Positions 7,924 through 16,467 are shown, counted from the stretch's first letter. The stretch is 64,000 bases of DNA from an uncultured delta proteobacterium (GCA_963841435.1 CAWJCS010000006.1:1088001-1152000); one strand, 5' to 3'. A program made the numbers and translations. Notes: generated by a model from the letters alone, not told the origin.

Positions 7924-8654
7924 TCGGCCGCCCCCGCAGCGCCAAAATCTAGGGCACCCAGATCGGCCGCTTGCTTCGCGGCTTCCGTGCGAGCTCGTTC
8001 AATTTGCGAGAACACACGCTTGACGGCCGCGTCATATTCCGTAATTTCTGGCGGAACGGGGTAGCTCGGATGGTCGATGCGGCGAGCGTGAGCCTGCTCA
8101 AAAAACGCGCGACCTTCGACGGGCAGCACTAGCGGCAGCCAAGCAATCACGTCGGCACGCGTGGGCAACGCCACCCGGCCCTCCTCACAGTCGACGACCG
8201 CACCCGCAAGGCTCTCCGCGTAGCGCACGGCAGCGACGCGGGGCGCAATATCCTTGCCCACCCGTCCAAAGGCACCCGCGGCTAGAGATGCCGCAGTGTC
8301 CACCCTGCGGCGGTAAGCACCCTCGAGATACTTGGCGGTCTCCGCTTCGATCACGATTTCACGCGCCGCGTCAGATGCTACCTCAGTCGAGGTGTTCAGT
8401 TGCGTTAGCGCAGCCTGACGGCGGGCAGTTGCCCGAGCAAGCTCCACACCCTCACGCTCGTGCTCTTGCGCCGCCGCGCGGGCATTCTTCAACACGGCAA
8501 CGCGCATCAAGATCTCCCTCTCGAGGGGCGCGACAAGCGACGGCGAAAGCGCTTTCGCCTGCGTGAGGTCATCGCGCAACCGAGCAATCACTTCGGCGGC
8601 ACTTCGATCTTCCCGCGCGAACGCGGCTGATACTTCGGACTTGTCGGTGTTCAT
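7920..8654 (-). CDS. Alpha-helical/coiled-coil hypothetical protein
   Basis: AGGAA RBS before ATG 8654; operonic. Confidence 0.7.
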   Translation of the reverse strand: MNTDKSEVSAAFAREDRSAAEVIARLRDDLTQAKALSPSLVAPLEREILMRVAVLKNARAAAQEHEREGVELARATARRQAALTQLNTSTEVASDAAREIVIEAETAKYLEGAYRRRVDTAASLAAGAFGRVGKDIAPRVAAVRYAESLAGAVVDCEEGRVALPTRADVIAWLPLVLPVEGRAFFEQAHARRIDHPSYPVPPEITEYDAAVKRVFSQIERARTEAAKQAADLGALDFGAAGAAE

Positions 8655-8674
8655 GTTGGGGTTCCTATTCCTGA

Positions 8675-9097
8675 CTAGCGGGCGCGACGCGCCGCGCGTT
8701 GTTTTGCTCTCGCCGTGGCCCATGCTCGAGGGCCTTGTCGTGCCGCCGCAACGAGCGGATCGGGAGCCGGGTCAGCGACTGAGCCCGTGGCCGGAGGCGC
8801 GTTGCCTTGTGCCGTCTCAATCAAATCCTGGACCGCGGCGAGCAAATCTTCGCTGGCGGTGTCGGCGGGGAGTCCGAGCGCTTCAGCTACGGCCGAAAGG
8901 ATCTTTTCCGGCGGCGATCCGTCCGAGAGCGCTGACGCGAGCATGAGCAGATCGGGCCGCGGACCATTCAGTAGGCTCGCGGCAAATCGCAAAGCGTCAG
9001 AGGTAGTAACGCCGCGCGAGGCGGCGAAGGTGTGAAGCGATTTTGCCGCACTCGGCTTGAGCCGGGCGGAGATCACAATGGGAGAGGTGCGGGACAT
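8675..9097 (-). CDS. Ribbon-helix-helix-like protein with scaffold-like C-terminal motif
   Basis: 'IVISARLKPSAAKSLHTFAASRGVTTSDALRFA' fits the CopG pattern; 'ALGLPADTASEDLLAAV'. Confidence 0.55.
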   Translation of the reverse strand: MSRTSPIVISARLKPSAAKSLHTFAASRGVTTSDALRFAASLLNGPRPDLLMLASALSDGSPPEKILSAVAEALGLPADTASEDLLAAVQDLIETAQGNAPPATGSVADPAPDPLVAAARQGPRAWATARAKQRAARRAR

Positions 9098-9119
9098 GGC
9101 TGGTATACAGCCAGTCTAG

Positions 9120-9176
9120 CGCGTGTTGCGTTTGGCGCAACGTGGCCGCGCTGTGTTGCGCTAAACGCAACACGCG
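9120..9176. promoter_or_regulatory. Double palindromic operator / 22-bp inverted repeat over a promoter
   Basis: Two GTTGCG-N5-CGCAAC sites; minus-strand TTGCGC-N16-TAGACT. Confidence 0.65.
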
Positions 9177-9227
9177 GCGCCGTGGGCCGCCACCCGGTGC
9201 CTCGGGCACGCGCGCGCCAAGGAGCGA

Positions 9228-9551
9228 CTAGATCCGGCGCGAACCGATGCCGCCGACGATCGACGCGTAACCATGGCCGTGATTGCGGGTGTGTAGGCCG
9301 CCGCTCGGGGCTGCGCTGCCGTACTGCGCACCCAAGTTTCGATGATAGAAAGACTCAAGCGCGGGCACCGCCACTGCGGACACGGCGCGCGCGGCGCGGG
9401 AGCGGCGCGCTTTCGGCGCGGGCTTCGCCTCAGGTTCCTCGCCGAGTAGTGCACGCACTTCCTCGACCTCGATCCCAAACTCCACCGCGACTTCAGCCGC
9501 GGTCGCGCCCGACGCGATCGCCGCGAGCATGTTCCGTTCGACGGGTGTCAC
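9228..9551 (-). CDS. Small HTH-like protein
   Basis: 'SGATAAEVAVEFGIEVEEVRALL'; GTGA coupling. Confidence 0.5.
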   Translation of the reverse strand: MTPVERNMLAAIASGATAAEVAVEFGIEVEEVRALLGEEPEAKPAPKARRSRAARAVSAVAVPALESFYHRNLGAQYGSAAPSGGLHTRNHGHGYASIVGGIGSRRI

Positions 9552-9832
9552 GGCGCACCCGTGGGCGCGGTCGCGGCGAGCACCTTCATGCTGAACACTT
9601 CCAGGTCGCGGCCACGCGCCAAGGCGACGTCGAAGCGCTGAACGCGCACGAGATCCATCAGCACGGCGACCGCGATCGCGTTGAGACTTGGCCCGGGGAC
9701 GTGCGCGGCGAGGGCCGCGACGCGATCGATCGCACTCTCTAACAGCGCGTTGCGAGCGCGTTCGGAGTCGAGGCGCGAGGCCGCGCTTTCCGTAACGCAC
9801 TGCTCGAGCTCGGCGCGGGTATCTGTTTTCAC
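9548..9832 (-). CDS. Hypothetical protein (94 aa)
   Basis: Coupled to both neighbours. Confidence 0.55.
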   Translation of the reverse strand: MKTDTRAELEQCVTESAASRLDSERARNALLESAIDRVAALAAHVPGPSLNAIAVAVLMDLVRVQRFDVALARGRDLEVFSMKVLAATAPTGAP

Positions 9833-10428
9833 TTTGGGTTCAGCCTCTCGTAACGCTCAGTCAGAAATCGCTCATTCATCGCCGTAGCGCGCTCGTGCTT
9901 TTCGGTGAGCGCTGCCAAGCGCCCGCGCAAGTTCTCGTCGGCGTGAGCTTGCGCGCGAACGCGGTCGAGAAGCTCCGCGTGCGCTTTCGTGCCCCATTCT
10001 AGTTCACGTTTCGCCGCGGCCTCGGGGCGCGGCGTGAGCGAGTCGATCGCTTGTAGCAAGGCGGTGTTCGTCGCGATGAGGCGCGACACGGAAGCGGCCG
10101 CGCGCGCCTCACTGCCAGCGAACGGGAGCAGCTCGTCAATCGCCGCTTGGACGCCGCGCTGGTTTCGGCGCATGCCTTCCAGGCCGCCGTCCTCGATCGC
10201 CGCGGCCGCGGCGTGTTCGAGCTCGGCCACGGGCGCGGAAGGCCGGGCAGCGGCGGCGGGGGGCTTGGGCGTGCGCCGCTTCCCCAAATGACGGCTGAGC
10301 GTGGCCGCCGACACGTGCACGCCTTCCGCCGCCAGGCGCCGCCGGACCTCGGCCAAGCTCCGGCCGCCGCCCACATGCCGCGCGAGCGCCGCGATTACAT
10401 CGTCGGTCAGTACGGTAGGGCGGGCCAC
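9829..10428 (-). CDS. HTH protein, terminase small subunit-like
   Basis: N-terminus (M)ARPTVLTDDVI, HTH 'RSLAEVRRRL...VSAATLSRHL', helical C-terminus; lies next to the origin region. Confidence 0.5.
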   Translation of the reverse strand: MARPTVLTDDVIAALARHVGGGRSLAEVRRRLAAEGVHVSAATLSRHLGKRRTPKPPAAAARPSAPVAELEHAAAAAIEDGGLEGMRRNQRGVQAAIDELLPFAGSEARAAASVSRLIATNTALLQAIDSLTPRPEAAAKRELEWGTKAHAELLDRVRAQAHADENLRGRLAALTEKHERATAMNERFLTERYERLNPK

Positions 10429-10433
10429 CCTAC

Positions 10434-10462
10434 ATGGTATCACGTAGTTTCTGAACGTTCAA
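10434..10462 (-). promoter_or_regulatory. sigma70-like promoter, probably leaderless
   Basis: TTGAAC-N17-TACCAT, 5 nt before GTG; palindrome TGAACGTTCA overlaps -35. Confidence 0.65.
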
Positions 10463-10813
10463 AACGTAGTGAAAGCTCCGCGAGCACGGCCGACGCGATT
10501 TGCGCCGCGATCGTGGCGATCCGCGGGGGTTTCGCACGGAAACGCGCGCAGAATTTGCAAAAACGAACGCAGAGGCGTCAGGTCTTGCAAGTGAGGGTGG
10601 ACTATATACCCCCTCAACGGAACCCAGGGCCGCTATACGCGACTTGGGCGCGAGCGCCAACGTGGGCGACTTGAGGCGCGCTCGCGGGCGAGGCGCAAAC
10701 CTTGCGCGTTGATACATTCAAGAGAGCGGCACGGCACGGCGCGGCGCGGGCGAGCTCGCGTGGTCGGGCGGGCTCGTTGCCGGGCGCGGGTACGCGCGTG
10801 GCGGCCAGGGGCA

Positions 10814-10953
10814 CGGCGGCGGGCGTGGCGCGGGGCGGGGCGGGGCGGGCGGGCGGGCGGGCGTGGCGCGGGCGCGGGCGTGGCGTGGCGCGGGGCGGGC
10901 GGGCGTGGCGCGGGGCGGGCGGGCGTGGCGCGGCGCGGGCTCGGGCGGCGGCC
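10814..10953 (+). repeat. A-free G-rich tract with ~20-nt tandem units; G-quadruplex-capable
   Basis: 140 nt without A; GGGCGTGGCGCGGGGCGGGC units; seven G3-4 runs at 10832-10861. Confidence 0.8.
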
Positions 10954-11041
10954 AGGACCAGGCCCACACGAGCAGCGGCGGGCGGCGGCACCCACAAGCG
11001 CGGCCCGCGGGTGGAATCGATCGTTCTCCACTCCCGCGCGG

Positions 11042-11230
11042 CGGCAAGGCCCGCAGCAAGGCACACCCTTAGGTGTGTGCCTGCTTGCTGCAGAGAGCCT
11101 GGGTCTAGCAGCAAGAAAGCAGAAAGAAAGCCCGCTAAAACAGCAAGACACAGCAAGAAAGCAGCAAGCGATTCCTTGCTGCAAAACACGGCGTTTCTTT
11201 CTGCTTTTGAACCACCGGCCGGACAGCAAG
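11042..11230. repeat. Iteron cluster, putative replication origin
   Basis: CAGCAAG at 11054, 11109, 11141, 11151, 11162, 11224; inverted at 11084, 11175; relatively A-rich. Confidence 0.75.
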
Positions 11231-11239
11231 GAAATCCGC

Positions 11240-13369
11240 TCACGCTACCCGCACCGGCCGCGCGAACCGACCGATCGTCTTGGTGCCGGCGATAGCGTCG
11301 CGCACGTCCGTGTCGGGCGCCGCGGCGCCGGTCTCGGTCAGGGCTATCGCACCCATTGTGCGCACGGCGAATTTGGCGTCCACGAGGCGCGCCACGGCGC
11401 GCTCGGCTGGCCGAGTGCCCTCGCCGCCGGCCGATACGAGATCGCGCGTGGCATGGTTCTGGTTGTCGCGGAGCACGTCCCAAATACGATGGCCGGCCGC
11501 GATCGTCTTGGCCTGCGCCTCTTGGGTGCGGCGCTCGTCTTGCGGTCGCTTGCCCACGGCCTCGCTAGGCTTTGCCGTGCGCGCGACGCGTAGCGCCTTC
11601 CCGGTCGGAGCACCCTCGCATGGCGCATCCGTGAACTGGACGCGGAACGGCGCGAACGCCTTGCGCACCTCTCGCGAGCACGACACGTCGATCACGGTAC
11701 GATCGTCGCTCGTGCGCTCGAGACTGATGGCCGCTTGCACGGCCGCGGGCGCCGAGTTGTGGCCGCTCATCTTGTGGAGCCCGGTCGCGCTCGTACTCTT
11801 GTTTTCGTGTAAGAGCGCGACGATCAGCGCGCCGGTCACGTCGCTCACCTTGCCGAGTTCCTTTAGCCAGTGCGCGAACTTGTTGGAGTTATGCTCGATG
11901 TCGCCGGGCAACGAGGAGCCGTACGTGTCGATCGCAACGAAGCCGATCCGTTGTTCTTCGATGTACGCCGCGAGGTCGTCTAGAAATCCGTTCGTGGCGA
12001 CCGACGAATCGACGTGCATGAAGTGCAGCGGCACCGCGGCACGGTCGAGCCCGAGGCCTGCGCACAGTCGCGCTTCGCGCTCCTCGGTTAGGGTGCCGCC
12101 CTCGAACGCCAGAAACAGCGCGTTGCGTTGCTTCACGTCGAACCCGAGGAACGGCTTGCCGGCCGCAACGCAGATCGACATGAGCAGCGCGAACGGCGTC
12201 TTTGCCACGTTCGCGAACGCCTGAATCGCGCTCACCTTGCCCGGAGCGAGGTCGAGCCCCTCGATCACGTACTCGAGCGGGTCAGGCAGCTTGGAGCGGT
12301 CCGCCATGCGCCCGTGGCGCAGTAAGCCCGCGGGCGTTCCCTGCTCGGGTGGCGCGTGCGCACTCGAGGCGCCGTCGTCATCGTGCGCGGCGCGTTCGCG
12401 TGCCGCGGCGCCGTGCCGCGCGAGCGCGCTCGAGACGCCGCGTAGCGCGTCACGTTCCGTGGCCACGTGCGCGCACGCACGTTCCGCGGCGCGGCGCAGC
12501 TTTTCGCGCCCGCCGGCTTCCGTCACCCAAGGCGGCGCGCATAGTGGATCCCACACGTCGGCGAGCACGCGATCGGTCGCGTCCACGTCGCAATCGAGCT
12601 CCGCGGCGAGGCGTATCGCCGCGCGGTTCATGGCGTCGTCGCCGCCGTGGTGAGAGACACTGACGGGCAGCACGCACGCGAGCGCGTGCGCGCGCGCGAG
12701 GCGCGCGTCATTTGCGGGCGCGTCCGGGTCGCGTGGCGTGCTCGAGCTCGCCTTGCTTGCGTCGCGGTCGAGTGCATCGCACCACCCGGCCGGTAGTGCC
12801 GTGATCTCCTGGACGATAGTCCACGCGTATTCACCCTTCGCGGAGCGTGACGGAGCCACGACGATTTGCCCGCCCTGCGATCGCAAGTCGATGCCCGCGA
12901 TCTTGCGGACGTTGTTCTTGGGGAGCGCTCGCACGGCCGGCCACTCGTAGATCCGGTGCTGCCCGCCGCCGCCCGTACGCGCCGTGAGCGTCGCCGGCAA
13001 GGCGCCTAACTGCGCTTCCGCGCGCGCGAGCGCGCCGGGCTCGTCCTCGTCGAGCGCTACAAGCAAGCGCCCATCCGGCTGCGCGCCCATGCGCAAACCG
13101 ACGTTGCCGCCGCGATCGATCCACGCGTCTACCGCGGCCGCGTCCACGGGCGCGGTTTGCCAGCCCTTGGCGATCGGTATCTTGCCGCCCTTGTGGATGC
13201 AGATCGGCGCGAGGCCTATGTCGGCATACTTCGCGGCGATGGACGACGGCGCCCCGTTGCGCGTCTCGCTCTCCGGCACGGCCGCCCCAGACGCGGGCTT
13301 GATTGCGGGGGCTTGCTTACGGGCGGATTTATGGGATGATTTCATGGTCTGTTTCGTTTCTGTTTTCAC
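11240..13369 (-). CDS. Bifunctional DNA primase/polymerase (Prim-Pol) fused to AAA_25/RepA-like helicase
   Basis: NVGLRMG, LVALDED, RTGGGGQHRIY, IDLRSQGGQIVVAPS; Walker A-like AFANVAKT, FLAFE, Walker B FVAIDT, LLHENK. Confidence 0.9.
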   Translation of the reverse strand: MKTETKQTMKSSHKSARKQAPAIKPASGAAVPESETRNGAPSSIAAKYADIGLAPICIHKGGKIPIAKGWQTAPVDAAAVDAWIDRGGNVGLRMGAQPDGRLLVALDEDEPGALARAEAQLGALPATLTARTGGGGQHRIYEWPAVRALPKNNVRKIAGIDLRSQGGQIVVAPSRSAKGEYAWTIVQEITALPAGWCDALDRDASKASSSTPRDPDAPANDARLARAHALACVLPVSVSHHGGDDAMNRAAIRLAAELDCDVDATDRVLADVWDPLCAPPWVTEAGGREKLRRAAERACAHVATERDALRGVSSALARHGAAARERAAHDDDGASSAHAPPEQGTPAGLLRHGRMADRSKLPDPLEYVIEGLDLAPGKVSAIQAFANVAKTPFALLMSICVAAGKPFLGFDVKQRNALFLAFEGGTLTEEREARLCAGLGLDRAAVPLHFMHVDSSVATNGFLDDLAAYIEEQRIGFVAIDTYGSSLPGDIEHNSNKFAHWLKELGKVSDVTGALIVALLHENKSTSATGLHKMSGHNSAPAAVQAAISLERTSDDRTVIDVSCSREVRKAFAPFRVQFTDAPCEGAPTGKALRVARTAKPSEAVGKRPQDERRTQEAQAKTIAAGHRIWDVLRDNQNHATRDLVSAGGEGTRPAERAVARLVDAKFAVRTMGAIALTETGAAAPDTDVRDAIAGTKTIGRFARPVRVA

Positions 13370-13458
13370 GCGATCGGTCTGAGCGGCGCCGCCTCCACGG
13401 CGCCGTTCGCTATTTGGGGTTCACTTGCGCGTAGGTTTTTCGGGGAACGGACGCGCTC

Positions 13459-13695
13459 TCACGGCGTCACCCGTGCCGCGGCCTTGCGGCGCGCTCGCGC
13501 TCGCGTCGCACGCACGGCGCCGATCGGCGCGGCTTCAATGATCGCGTCGATATCGGCGCGGCGCACGAGCACGCGACGCCCGGGTTTGAACGCCGGGAGC
13601 TTGCCGAGCTTGATCCAATATCGAAGCGTCTCGAGACAGACGGGGTAACGCTGGGTGATCTGGTCTAGGGTTTCATAGCCAACGGGCACGCTCAT
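13459..13695 (-). CDS. Excisionase-like HTH DNA-binding protein
   Basis: 'TLRYWIKLGKLPAFKPGRRVLVRRADID'; divergent from integrase. Confidence 0.85.
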   Translation of the reverse strand: MSVPVGYETLDQITQRYPVCLETLRYWIKLGKLPAFKPGRRVLVRRADIDAIIEAAPIGAVRATRARARRKAAARVTP

Positions 13696-13964
13696 GAGAA
13701 AACTCGCTTCCCGGCAAAGCCGGGTGTCGTTTTCCCGTGGCGCGCATTCGACGTTGACCGCTGCTCCCTTGGCCCGGCGTTTTGAGATTCCGGAGGAGCC
13801 GGCTCCCCCACCAGCCTCGGGGGAGCTCTATCGCACTGCGCGCCCGCCCATTCGGCATCAATGGGACGGGCAGTCTTGTTTGGTTTTTCGCTCGGATCAT
13901 CCCGAGCACACCCCAAGCGTGAACCGAGATCCCACCGGTGGCAAGTCGAGGTACTCTCGCGGCC

Positions 13965-15104
13965 ATGCCCCGCCCTTCCCGCTCTGGCATTCGTGGTCTC
14001 TACCGCGACGCGGACGGCCGGTACCGGATCGATCTTCGTTACACGGACCCCGCGGGCGTCGAGCGTCGCCACAAGGAACGGCTCCCCGAGGGTACGCCCG
14101 CGCTCGCGGCGCGTGCACGGGCGACGGACGTGCTTACGATGGCGCTCGCCGGCAAGCTGCACGAACGCGGCGAGGACGCACCCACGGGGCTTCGGTCCGC
14201 GTTCGACGAGTATCGGCGGCTCACGGCGCCCGCGAACCCGAAGCAACGTGAGCGCCACTGCAAGGTGCTCCTCGCCGCGTTCGGCGACGTGGCCTTGGCC
14301 GAAGTGAACGAGCTCGCGATCGAGCGTTTCAAGCGTGCCCGCGCTACCGGCAAGTCGCCGAGCACGGTCAATCGCGAGCTGCAGACTTTGCGGCATTTCC
14401 TGAATTGCGCCGTGGAATGGCGCTGGCTCGAGGCGCGCCCCAAGGTGCGCATGTTCAAGGAACCGCCCGGCCGCGTTCGCTGGCTTTCGGACGGCGAGCG
14501 AGCGAGGCTCTATGGTGCGTTGCCCGCCCGGTTCAAGCGCGTCGTGCTCGCGGCGGCGCTGTCAGGGCAACGGCTCGCCAACGTGATCGGCATGCGACGG
14601 GCGGACGTGGACACCGCGGCGCGCAGCATTTCGATCCCTAAGACGAAATCGGGGAAGCGTCACGACGTACCCATGTCCGACGCGCTCGCGGTCGTGATCG
14701 CGGAAGCCATCGCGGACGGCGACGCGCAAGCCAAGCGGCGCGAGGTCGATCCCCCGGCGCACGTGTTCGTTTCGCGCTTCGGGAAGCCTTACACGTCGAG
14801 CGGCGTCTCGGGTCTGTTCCGCAAGTGCGTCGCCGATGCCGCCGTGAAGGACTTCCGCTTTCACGACTTGCGGCATGACTTCGCGACCCGCGTCCGTCGT
14901 GCGGGGCATGGGCTCGACGTGGTCCAGGCCCTCTTGGGTCACTCGACGCCGGCCATGACGGCGCGCTACGCGCACATTGGACGGTCGGAACTACACGAGG
15001 CGGTCAGCGCCGTTGCGGCTAGGGCAGGCGGCGAAAAGTCACGCGACGTTGCCCCCGGACTGCCCCCGGGTAGAGTGCAACGACGCGCGAAGCGGCGTAA
15101 ATAA
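13965..15104 (+). CDS. int: Tyrosine recombinase / phage integrase
   Basis: SGQR, KTK, FHDLRH, LLGHS, TARYAH catalytic residues; ends 21 bp before attR. Confidence 0.95.
   Translation: MPRPSRSGIRGLYRDADGRYRIDLRYTDPAGVERRHKERLPEGTPALAARARATDVLTMALAGKLHERGEDAPTGLRSAFDEYRRLTAPANPKQRERHCKVLLAAFGDVALAEVNELAIERFKRARATGKSPSTVNRELQTLRHFLNCAVEWRWLEARPKVRMFKEPPGRVRWLSDGERARLYGALPARFKRVVLAAALSGQRLANVIGMRRADVDTAARSISIPKTKSGKRHDVPMSDALAVVIAEAIADGDAQAKRREVDPPAHVFVSRFGKPYTSSGVSGLFRKCVADAAVKDFRFHDLRHDFATRVRRAGHGLDVVQALLGHSTPAMTARYAHIGRSELHEAVSAVAARAGGEKSRDVAPGLPPGRVQRRAKRRK
15045..15070 (+). repeat. Candidate integrase arm-type sites, second copy (inside int 3' end)
   Basis: Matches 4551-4576. Confidence 0.65.
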
Positions 15105-15125
15105 AGCCGTCTCGTGCGATGACTT

Positions 15126-15174
15126 GGCGGCTGTTAACCGCCGGGTCCCTGGTTCGAGTCCAGGCTCTGGAGCC
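15126..15174 (+). repeat. attR core (duplicated tRNA-Asn 3' part)
   Basis: 49-bp identity with 4410-4458; ends GCC followed by A. Confidence 0.95.
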
Positions 15175-15183
15175 ATTTACGGC

Positions 15184-15203
15184 GGTCCACCAAAAGGTGG
15201 GCC
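15184..15203 (+). terminator. Hairpin after attR (probably the earlier tRNA terminator)
   Basis: GGTCCACC-AAAA-GGTGGGCC. Confidence 0.4.
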
Positions 15204-16462
15204 TGTGTTGGCTACTTCGCCGATCCGCACGCGCGGGGGCCGCGTCGCACGGCGTCGCGGAGCACTACGCCGCCCGCCGGTAGTGGTGATGCAGTCCACC
15301 AAGGACCGGAATTGCGCTGACCGTGCCCGTCGCCCGTTCTTCGACCGTCGCCGAACCCACAGGGACCCGTTGCTTCAGGCCCTGATGCGGTCGGCTCGCG
15401 TTGAAGTAGGCGACATACTCACCCAGGGTGGCCTCGAGGTGACGAGTTCCGAGGATGATGATGTGGTCGAGACACTCGCGTCGCACCGAACCGAGGAACC
15501 GCTCGCAGGTGGCGTTGACCAGCGGCGAGCGTACAGGGCACTTGAGGACGCGAGTGCCGGCGCCGCGAGCTGCGCGATCGAAGTCGGCGCCGAATTTGCT
15601 GTCTCGATCGCGAATGATGAACTCCGGCCCCTGACCGAATGGAGTGGCGTTGCGCAGTTGTTGGGCGACCCAGGTCCTCGTGGGGGAGCGAGTGACTCCC
15701 ACGTGAACGACGCGCTTCGTGTTCACATCAACGATGAAGAACGCGAAGATGGGCAGGAACCATACGTCGTGGAGCTGCAAGAAGTCGCAAGCCCAGACCG
15801 TGTGGTTCTGGAGGAAGGTGCGCCAGGACTGTCCGTCGCCCGGTGGGCGCGGTGCTCGAAGGTGGCGCTGAATCGTGCGCTTGGAGACGTGAATGCCGAG
15901 CTTCAAGAGCTCACCCCGGATACGCTCGGCGCCCCAGAGCCGATTCGCTCTCGCCATGCGCTGGATCAGCTCAATCGTGGATCCGGCGACGCGTGGCGGC
16001 GCGGCTCGCCGACGTTTCGACTTCCACTTCCACAGAAGTCTGAAGCCTTCGCGATGCCAGCGCAGGACGGTGGTCGGGCTCACGATGAGGGTCGCGTCCC
16101 GCCAGGTTCGACAGAGCGAGCTCACGAGCACCATCAGGGCGCGGTCAGTTGTTGTGAGCTGCGGACGGCGCGCGGTTCGCCGGGCGACGATGAGCTGCTG
16201 TCGGAGAAGAGCATTCTCGGCGAGCAGCTGGGCGCGAGTACGGAACGCATCGCGCGCGAGACCGGCCGCGGCGGAGGTGGGGCGCAGCGCATCTAGCACC
16301 GCGTCGCGCAAGTGGCCGGTAGCGGTTCGGAGCGCGGCGGTCAGCGCGGAAAGCACGGCCCGATTTTCGCGCGGTGCGTGGACGAAGAACAAGACTGGTA
16401 GTTCCGCGACGAAACTGGCTAGCTCTGCAGCGGTTAGATTCGTGTTGAGTGTTTCGTAAACA
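15204..16462 (-). mobile_element. Insertion sequence with rve/DDE transposase (IS481/IS3-like)
   Basis: TGT...ACA termini within GCCTGT/ACAGGC; truncates the adjacent AbiEii-like gene; no target duplication seen. Confidence 0.7.
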
Positions 16463-16467
16463 GGCAA
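15265..16467 (-). CDS. Integrase core domain (DDE) transposase; true start is internal
   Basis: WGAERIRGEL, WACDF, IRDRDSKF, ERFLGSVRRECLD, YFNASRPHQGL. Confidence 0.9.
   Translation of the reverse strand: MPVYETLNTNLTAAELASFVAELPVLFFVHAPRENRAVLSALTAALRTATGHLRDAVLDALRPTSAAAGLARDAFRTRAQLLAENALLRQQLIVARRTARRPQLTTTDRALMVLVSSLCRTWRDATLIVSPTTVLRWHREGFRLLWKWKSKRRRAAPPRVAGSTIELIQRMARANRLWGAERIRGELLKLGIHVSKRTIQRHLRAPRPPGDGQSWRTFLQNHTVWACDFLQLHDVWFLPIFAFFIVDVNTKRVVHVGVTRSPTRTWVAQQLRNATPFGQGPEFIIRDRDSKFGADFDRAARGAGTRVLKCPVRSPLVNATCERFLGSVRRECLDHIIILGTRHLEATLGEYVAYFNASRPHQGLKQRVPVGSATVEERATGTVSAIPVLGGLHHHYRRAA

Larger units (their letters stand above)
4410..15174. mobile_element. tRNA-Asn-integrated element, phage-satellite/PICI-like (~10.7 kb)
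   Basis: att repeats, integrase next to attR, Xis-like HTH, primase-helicase with iteron cluster, TerS-like ORF; no recognisable structural genes. Confidence 0.88.

Noticed and set aside
10445-10470. LexA box at the TerS-like promoter
   Set aside because: CTGAAC half-site present but the spacing does not fit the LexA consensus sequences I know
10614-11593. Long Arg/Pro/Ala/Gly-rich ORFs across the G-tract and iterons
   Set aside because: Open only because the low-complexity GC sequence lacks stops; no protein-like features
15126-15175. Second tRNA-Asn gene
   Set aside because: Lacks the 5' acceptor strand and D arm; it is attR
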